Assembly: GCA_964035575.1 (NCBI GenBank)
Contig: OZ037844.1
Span: forward strand, 620,001 to 684,000
Length of the DNA: 64,000 nucleotides
Reading direction: 5' to 3'
Origin: Rhynchopus sp. YZ270_cl-10
Taxonomy: Eukaryota
Positions 56,784-64,000 of this stretch are shown here, piece by piece. Both the position numbers and the translations under genes were made by a program. Below the pieces are notes generated by a model, which ran no database searches, had not been told where the DNA came from, and worked only from the letters and a program-made list of their open reading frames with translations. The first letter of the stretch is position 1. Each line of letters begins with the position of its first letter.

Positions 56784-57542
56784 GGTGTGTGAAGATGTTG
56801 ATATTCAATGTTGTGTCTTTTATTCTGCTGCTTTTTTGTGGAGGTTGTGAGGTGAGTCGTGGGTGTCCCTGAACTGTCTTGCCACCGGTAGTATCTATTC
56901 ACCAAGACAACTGGAGGGCTGTGGCCTGCAGCATCCACGCTGTGGACACAGATGCTGCACTTTGCCGCCAACAGGAAGCTGGGCAGCCATCAGGAGATGA
57001 CACGGAGATGGGCACGGGGCCTGAGGACAACGTTGCAGACGATTGGTCAGGCCGTGATGGATCCGAGGGTGTTTGCGCAGGGACACGGCTGGTGCTCAGG
57101 GAACGGGTAGAGGTGGACGTAGCGTCGGTGCAGGTGAAGACGAACACTTCTGGGATCCTGGATGAGGACTGCCCATGAGGAGGTGGGGGAGATGGAAAGA
57201 GCAACCGATGGGAAATGAGTGTTGAGAAAGACAGAGATGTCGTACCAAATACAATAGTGCAGCCTATTGGAAATCAGGGAATAACAATAAAATACTGTGT
57301 TCGTAAAAATGGTGACCGTGTGAAGTACCAAATGAAATGCAAAACCGTAAAATACGGACCAAACTATGTCCGGTCCAAACAGTTTATGAAGACGGTAATA
57401 ATAATGGATGCTATCACACGCCTGTGACGTTGGTGCAGTGTCACCTTCACTTCCCTCTTTTCATTCCAAATGTCATTCCATCCCCCTTTGTGAGCTAACG
57501 CGATCCTCACGAAATACCAGGAAAAGTCACCAAGAAAGCTAC

Positions 57543-59649
57543 TCACGCGGTGGGTTCGTCGCTGGCACCGTGTTCCAGGAGAACCTGCACCACATCTGCA
57601 TGTGCTTCATTCCTCGCATACTGCAACGCAGTGCGGCCCCCTCGTCCTGTGATGGACGTCCACATCCGGCAAGCCCACAAGATAGCGCACAGTCTCGGTA
57701 CGTCCAAATCGGGCCGCAAGGATAAGACACGTGTTTCCTTTGTTGTCTGTGGCACACACATCCGCACCTGCTTCAACCAGCATCTTCACTGTTGTTAACT
57801 TTCCTGAACGGCAAGCACTGTGAACAGGAGAACGTCCGATCCTGTCCTTTGCTTCGATGCCTGCACCTGCGTCAATGAGCACCTTCACCACATCTGCGCG
57901 CGTCTTACCCCCTGCGCAGTGCAGTGACGTGGTACCCGTGTTATTTGACTGATACAAATCCACCCCCGGCATGCACAGAAGAGTACGCACAGTCTCTGTG
58001 CGTCCAGGCACAGCCGCAAGGGCAAGACACGTATCTCCTCTGTTGTTTGTGGCACACGTTCTTGCACCTGCTTTGACCAACATCTTCACAACATCCCGTG
58101 CTCCTCTCTTGCTGGCCAAGAGCAGAGGCGAACATCCGTCCTCGTCCGTTGCCTCGATGTCTGCACCTGCATCAATGAGCACCTCCACCACATCTGCATG
58201 CTTTTCAGCAGTTGCAAGGAGCAGTGCAGTGTTGCCGTCAACATCCTTGTGACTCACATCCACATCAGGCAAACTCACAAGATAGCGCACAGTCTCGGTA
58301 CGTCCAAAATATGACGCCAGGGTAAGACATGTGTCTCCTTCGTTGTCTGTGATACGCACTCCCGCACCTGCTTTGACCAACATCTTCACAATTGCGAGTG
58401 ATCCTGAATTACAAGCTACAAGCAGAGGCGAACGGCCGTCCTCATCCTTTGTCTCGATGTCTGCCCCTGCATCAATGAGCACCTGACACACTGCAGGGTC
58501 CTCCCACATGGCTGTACAGGGTCGGTCTTCTGTGTCCTCCTGCCTCTGTGGAACAAACGCAACGTTGCTGCAGACTGACTTCCAATGCTGCAAGAGGACC
58601 TCCGTGCACGCAGTGTGGTCTGCGTGGATGCACTCACTCAGCAGCATCCCAAAGCCCATCTGCGTTGTCTCAACATACGGAAGAAGCAGTGCGAGGCATT
58701 CATCGTGGTTCCCTCTGCATGCCTCGTGCACAGCATCGAAGGCAACCGTTTTGCTGTCTGTGTCTGGGCTGAGCTTCTCAAGTCCCGCCCGCACGGCAGT
58801 CGTGTCGCCGTTCCTGGCAGCCTCCACCAAGGCGAAGTGGAGCACGTCCTCTGCCCCTGCAAGCACCGCACGCAGCACAAGAGCTGCCTCCTCATCAACA
58901 GGCTTGCCCACAGCACCGCCAGAAAGAAGTGCCTTCACACAGGCAAGGTGATGTCCAGCAACAGCAGCATCCAGCGCAGTCCTCCCATCAACACAGTGTT
59001 CGCAGTCTGCACCCTTCGCAACAAGAAACTGCACCACATCCACATCGCCACGGCACGCTGCAATGTACAGCGGACGTGCACAGCTCGCGTCATTCTCACT
59101 GTGCACCTCCAGCCCTGCCCCAGACGCGACGAGCAGCTCTGCACTCGCAAGATCCCCAAGGTGTGCAGCCACACACAACGGCTTGATGCGCCTCCCATTC
59201 AGGTCCAACTTGTGTTCCTTCAGCAGCATCGCAAGCACCTCCACTCGCTTCAGGTGCAGACAGGTCAGCAGGAGCTCGTCCACATCGACTTCCAAGCAGA
59301 CACGGGTGTTGTCCGAGCATGACTTCCAATGCTGCAAGAGGACCTCCGTGCACGCAGTGTGGTCTGCGTGGATGCACTCACTCAGCAGGATCCCAAAGCC
59401 GTTCGTTCGGTCAACGTAGTGGGGAAGAAGCCGTGCGAGGTCTTCATCTTCGTTCTCTCTGCATGCCTCGTGCACAGCATCGAAGGCAACTGTTTTGCTG
59501 TCTGTGTCTGGGCTGAGCTTCTCAAGTCCTGTCCGCACGGCAGTCGTGTCGCCGTTCCTGGCAGCCTCCACCAAGACCTTGTCTGTAGAAAGCTTTCTTC
59601 TCTTTGGTGCCTTCTCGTCAGGTGTGCTGTCTGCGTGTCGCTTCGACAT
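57543..59649 (-). pseudogene. Long-form ankyrin copy with a single frameshift near the 3' end (~57640)
   Basis: ORF 57607-59649 loses frame at HRTRG. The family tail TALQYAR...LEHGASDEPTA continues in another frame to 57543. It may still be functional or be a sequencing indel. Confidence 0.6.
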
Positions 59650-60302
59650 GGTTTGTGAAGATGCTGATATTCAATGTTGTGTCTTTTATGCTGTTTCTTT
59701 TTGTGGAGGTTGTGGGTGTCCCTGAACTGCCTCCCACAGTGGAAACGGGTGGTGTGGAAGTCACCCTCCTGAGGGTGGCGGTGGGAATCTATCTGCCTTG
59801 AGACGAGGAGGTGAGAGAGGGGGTCTGCAAGATAAAAACCTGTTGTGGAGGACCGGAGGATGACGTCCCCTGAACGTATGCAAGCAAGCAGGACTCAATC
59901 CAAGAACCTAATCTTTTTTGTTAATGTAAACCCGTGTCTCCGTCGCTTGCGGGGTTGCAGAGATGCGGGGGTACGGGATTATATGCACATGGGAGTGGGA
60001 GGGGAATATGAAACGCTTACTAGCACACAATACAACACCACTATGTTGAGGTTTGGTGCCTTGGTGTAGTGGGTGGGGAGGAGTGTGGGGACTTAGTTAT
60101 GCAAACCCTCACCTCTCTGTACTTGAGGGTGAGTGGCGAAACCTCATCGATCTCGAACTCAACGAGTGCTTGTGGTTCAGTGTAAAGAGGGGACAGGGGA
60201 TTGGTCACACACTTACAACAATACAGGAAGAATGGTGTTGAAAAGAACAGGGCAAATCGTGTAAAAGCACAACACAAAAACATTAAAACTGAGAGTCTTG
60301 TA

Positions 60303-60730
60303 CAGTAGGAAAAGTAATATTGGCGACCAAAAAGTCGCCAATTGCAAGAAAACCCCCAAAATCCGCCAATATTTTTTGGTCGCCAAGTTATTTGGTGGGA
60401 AAGCGGTTCTTATTGGTACAAAAAGCACAAGTACAAAAAATGTGCCCCTTCAATGCACAAGGTGCAGCGTATCTTTCAAGAAAGTCGAATATTAGCTCCG
60501 CGCCACGCAACCACCCAAAAATACACATGGTGAGGCACAAAAACTTGACCAAAATTGCGAAAAAAACCACTTCCCAACCACTGTGACTACGAACCACTAC
60601 CCTACCAATTAATATTGGCGACCAAAAAAGTCGCCAATTACAAGAAAATCCCCAGAATCCGCCAATATTATTTAGTCGCTAAGTTATTTGGTCGCCAATT
60701 TTTTTGGTCGCCAAGTTTCTTGTCCTACTG
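60303..60730. mobile_element. Tc1/mariner-like MITE (428 bp)
   Basis: TA-CAGTAGGA...TCCTACTG-TA with subterminal TTGGCGACCAAAAA inverted motifs. Absent from the paralogous spacer at ~51150-51260. Confidence 0.8.
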
Positions 60731-60918
60731 TAACAACTTTCTGATAGACTTCATGAACAATAACCGACGTGTTACCTCAAGACTGCCTCATATCTGAAAT
60801 TAAAAATAAATAGACACAGGAACAACAGTCAGCAGCGCCGTCACGTTGCTGCACACTACTTTGAGTGGGGCAAGGCCCGCAGTCGTGAATAATACGACCC
60901 TTCATCTCCTACGGCCCT

Positions 60919-63300
60919 TTACTTACTACCCTTTACCTCCATCTTTGCGTTGTGCCTTTTCCAGGCTCTCCTTCTCCTCCGCGTGCCTTTTACTCTCCTC
61001 TGCTTCTCCTCCTTCATCACATTGCCCTGCTCCAGCGCTGCTTCCAGTGCAGTGTTCCCCAACCTATCTGTCTGCTTCACGTCCACTTCCTTCGAGTTCA
61101 CAAGGTAGCGCACAGTCTCGGCGTGCCCATTGGCTCCCGCAAGCATAAGACATGTGTATCCTTTGTTGTCTGCCACACGCACATCCGCACCTGCTTCGAC
61201 TAACATCTGCACAATTTCGAGTTTCCCAGCATCACAAGCATAGTGAAGCAGTGTGAGTCCTTTGACATCCTTTGCCTCAATGTCAGCCGCTGCGTCAATG
61301 AGCACCTCCACCACATTGACATATCCACGGGACACCGCAATGTGCAACGCAGTTCGGTTCTGGAATCCTTGGTGATTCACGTCCACCTCCCGTAAGCTAG
61401 CAAGATAGCGCACAGTCTCGGTGCGCCCATTATCAGCTGCACGGTCAAGACACGTATAATCTCCTTCGTTGTCAGCATGACACACTTTCGCACCTGCTTT
61501 GAGCAACACCTTCACAACTGCGATGTACCCGTACATGCAAGCCCAGAGGAAAGGCGAATACCCTTTGTCATCCTTTGCCTCGATGTCTGCCCCTGCATCA
61601 ATTAGCACCTCCACCACATCTGCATGAACTGTATGTGCTGCTGTGCTGCTCAGTGCAGTACAACCCATACAATCTCTTTGATTCACATCCACCTCCTTCA
61701 AGCCCACAAGATAGCGCACAGTCTCGGTGTGTCCCAAAGAAGCCGCACGCATAAGACATGTGTTTCCGTAGTTGTCAGTGACACACACTTCCGCACCTGC
61801 TTCCACCAACACCTTCACAATAGCAGTTTCACCTTTCTCGCTAGCACAGTGAAGAGGCGATTGTCCGCACGGGTCCTTTGCCTCGATGTCTGCCCCTGCA
61901 TCAATGAGCACCTCCACTACATCTGTATCAACGTACTCCAGGGAGTGCAGTGCAGTGCGACCCCCAGTACCTGGAAGCCAGCCCTCCTTCGTCCTCTGGT
62001 TCACGTCCACCTCTGGCAAGCCAACAAGATATCGCACAGTCTCGGTGTGTCCAAAATGTGCCGCAAGGATAAGACACGTGTCTCCTTCGTTGTCTGTGGC
62101 ACACACTCGCGCACCTGCTTCGACCAACATCTTCACAATAGCGGTCTCACCGAACTGGCTAGCCAAGTGCAGAGGTGAAACCCCATTGTCACCCTCAATG
62201 TCTGCACCAAACGGCAAAGGAGAACTTTCGTTCTCGCTCTTTACCTCGATGTCAGCCCCTGCATCAATGAGCACCTCCACCACATCTGCATGAACTTTCA
62301 GTACCGCATTGTGCAGTGCAGTGCGGCCCCTCAGACCTCTCTGATTCACGTACACCTCAGGCAAGCTAACAAGATAGCGCACAGTCTCGGTTTGTCCAAA
62401 ATATGCCGCAAGTGTAAGACATGTGTTTCCTTCATTGTCTGCGACACACACCTCCGCACCCGCTCTTACCAATATCTTCACAAGCGCAAGTTCCCCGTTC
62501 TCACTTGCAAAGTGCAGAGGCGAACGACCCAAGTTGTTCTTGGCCTCGATATCTGCCCCTGCATCAATGAGCACCTTAGCCACATCGGGATACTTTCCAT
62601 CCACTGCACAGTGCAGCGCAGAACAGCAGTCGGCAGCTTTGTGATTCATATCCATATTCTTCAAACCCACAAGATAGCGCACAGTCTCTGTGTGTCCATT
62701 CCATGCCGCAAGTGTAAGACATGTGTCTCCTTCGTTGTCTGTGACACGCACATCCGCACCTGCTTCGACCAACATCTTCACAGTTGCGTGAAACTTGCCT
62801 GAAAAGCAAGCTAAGAGCAGAGGAGAACGTCCCTTCTTGTCCTTTGTCTCGATGTCTGCCCCTGCATCAATGAGCACCTGACACACTGCAGGGTCCTCCC
62901 ACATGGCTGGACAGGGTCGGCCTTTGATGCCCTTGTGCGAGTGTGGGACAAACGCAACGTTGCTGCAGACTGACTTCCAATGCTGCAAGAGGATCTCCGT
63001 GCACGCAGTGTGGTCTGCGTGGATGCACTCACTCAACAGCATCCCGAAGCCCATCTGCGTTGTCTCAACATACGGAAGAAGCCGTGCGAGGCATTCATCG
63101 TGGTTCCCTCTGCATGCCTCGTGCACAGCATCGAAGGCAACCGTTTTGCTGTCTGTGTCTGGGCTGAGCTTCTCAAGTCCCACCCGCACGGCAGTCGTGT
63201 CGCCGTTCCTGGCAGCCTCCACCAAGACCTCGTCTGCAGAAAGTGTTGTGCTGTTTGGTGCCTTCTCGTCAGGTGTGCTGTCTGCGTGTCGCTTCGACAT
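60919..63300 (-). CDS. Ankyrin-repeat family protein, extended form with basic C-tail (793 aa)
   Basis: Close paralogue of 51364-54117 lacking one 100-aa triad. Confidence 0.9.
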   Translation of the reverse strand: MSKRHADSTPDEKAPNSTTLSADEVLVEAARNGDTTAVRVGLEKLSPDTDSKTVAFDAVHEACRGNHDECLARLLPYVETTQMGFGMLLSECIHADHTACTEILLQHWKSVCSNVAFVPHSHKGIKGRPCPAMWEDPAVCQVLIDAGADIETKDKKGRSPLLLACFSGKFHATVKMLVEAGADVRVTDNEGDTCLTLAAWNGHTETVRYLVGLKNMDMNHKAADCCSALHCAVDGKYPDVAKVLIDAGADIEAKNNLGRSPLHFASENGELALVKILVRAGAEVCVADNEGNTCLTLAAYFGQTETVRYLVSLPEVYVNQRGLRGRTALHNAVLKVHADVVEVLIDAGADIEVKSENESSPLPFGADIEGDNGVSPLHLASQFGETAIVKMLVEAGARVCATDNEGDTCLILAAHFGHTETVRYLVGLPEVDVNQRTKEGWLPGTGGRTALHSLEYVDTDVVEVLIDAGADIEAKDPCGQSPLHCASEKGETAIVKVLVEAGAEVCVTDNYGNTCLMRAASLGHTETVRYLVGLKEVDVNQRDCMGCTALSSTAAHTVHADVVEVLIDAGADIEAKDDKGYSPFLWACMYGYIAVVKVLLKAGAKVCHADNEGDYTCLDRAADNGRTETVRYLASLREVDVNHQGFQNRTALHIAVSRGYVNVVEVLIDAAADIEAKDVKGLTLLHYACDAGKLEIVQMLVEAGADVRVADNKGYTCLMLAGANGHAETVRYLVNSKEVDVKQTDRLGNTALEAALEQGNVMKEEKQRRVKGTRRRRRAWKRHNAKMEVKGSK

Positions 63301-63793
63301 GGTTTGTGAAGATGTTGAAATTCAATGTTGTGTATTTTATGCTGTTTCTTTTGTGGAGGTTGTGAGGTGAGTGGTGGGTGTCCCTGAACTGCCCCCACAG
63401 TGGAAACGGGTGGTGTGGAAGTCACCCTCCTGAGGGTGGTTCTATCTGCCTTGAGACGAGGAGGTGAGGGAGGGGGTCTGCAAGATAAAAATATCACCCA
63501 GTCTTGTTCATGTTCATAATGTATTTGCGTACCCCAACCTTGGTGGGATAGCTTATGTCCTGGGGGCTACCGCTCGTCATTCTTACCTAGGAAGTTTGGG
63601 GTGCGGTCTAACATTTCATTTCGCTATGTGCTCATCACAACATCGAAGGGATGGGAGAAAGGTGAGGTGTGGCTTCCAACATGAGATTGTGTGGGCACGT
63701 ATGGTAGGTGCGCATGAACACATCGATTGGCCTACCCGAGCCCGCTTGGTCTGAGATTATTGAGTTGCCGATAACCGCCAGGGGCAATATGTA

Positions 63794-64000
63794 TCATTGC
63801 ACAAAGACTTCCCCACCGTGCTCGAGGAGTACCTGCTCCACATCTGCATGTCCATTCCACCTCGCATAGTGCAACGCAGTATGGCCTGCAATATCTCTGT
63901 GGTTCACGTCCACCTCCCGCAAGCCCACAAGGTAACGCACAGTCTCGGTGTGTCCATGATATGCCGCTGCAAGAGCAAGACACCTCACTCCTTTGTTATC
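63794..64000 (-). CDS. 3' end of a further ankyrin family gene (truncated by window edge)
   Basis: CLALAAAYHGHTETVRYLVGLREVDVNHRDIAGHTALHYAR...LEHG. Confidence 0.85.
   Translation of the reverse strand, partial: DNKGVRCLALAAAYHGHTETVRYLVGLREVDVNHRDIAGHTALHYARWNGHADVEQVLLEHGGEVFVQ

Noticed and set aside
5424..63300. CRISPR-like or DGR-like interpretation of the conserved ~25-nt strings with variable intervening sequence
   Set aside because: The repeats are in-frame ankyrin codons. There are no cas genes, no reverse transcriptase, no template/variable pair and no visible adenine-specific mutation pattern.
6400..63370. Many recurring + strand and alternative-frame ORFs (MAGQGR..., MLQEDL..., MSASTQTT...)
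   Set aside because: Shadows of the duplicated ankyrin CDS; they recur only because the DNA is repeated.

Overview
Eukaryotic genomic DNA, probably a euglenozoan protist such as a diplonemid. This is inferred from all ~22 credible genes lying on the minus strand, short GT-AG introns and homopolymer-rich spacers. The window is dominated by about 15 intronless paralogous ankyrin-repeat genes in three tandem blocks (~5.3-13.7, 27.5-41.8 and 51.3-64 kb). Each has a near-constant N-terminal module followed by a variable number of ~100-aa three-ankyrin units. Their framework is conserved at the DNA level while the surface positions randomised in engineered DARPins are hypervariable. Copies are mosaic, differ by a binary NLS/no-NLS switch, and include an internally inverted copy and frameshifted copies. 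Single-copy genes between the blocks encode a coiled-coil protein, a secreted Cys-rich protein, a GH79 heparanase-like hydrolase, a USP deubiquitinase (2 introns), a SOL/calpain-15-like calpain (2 introns), a DEAD-box helicase (1 intron) and a secreted LRR protein. Intergenic DNA holds at least ten small TIR elements with recognisable target-site duplications, including a nest of four at 46.1-48.3 kb. It also holds a repeated fragment resembling the 3' end of an RLE-type non-LTR retrotransposon. All coordinates and alignments were read by eye.
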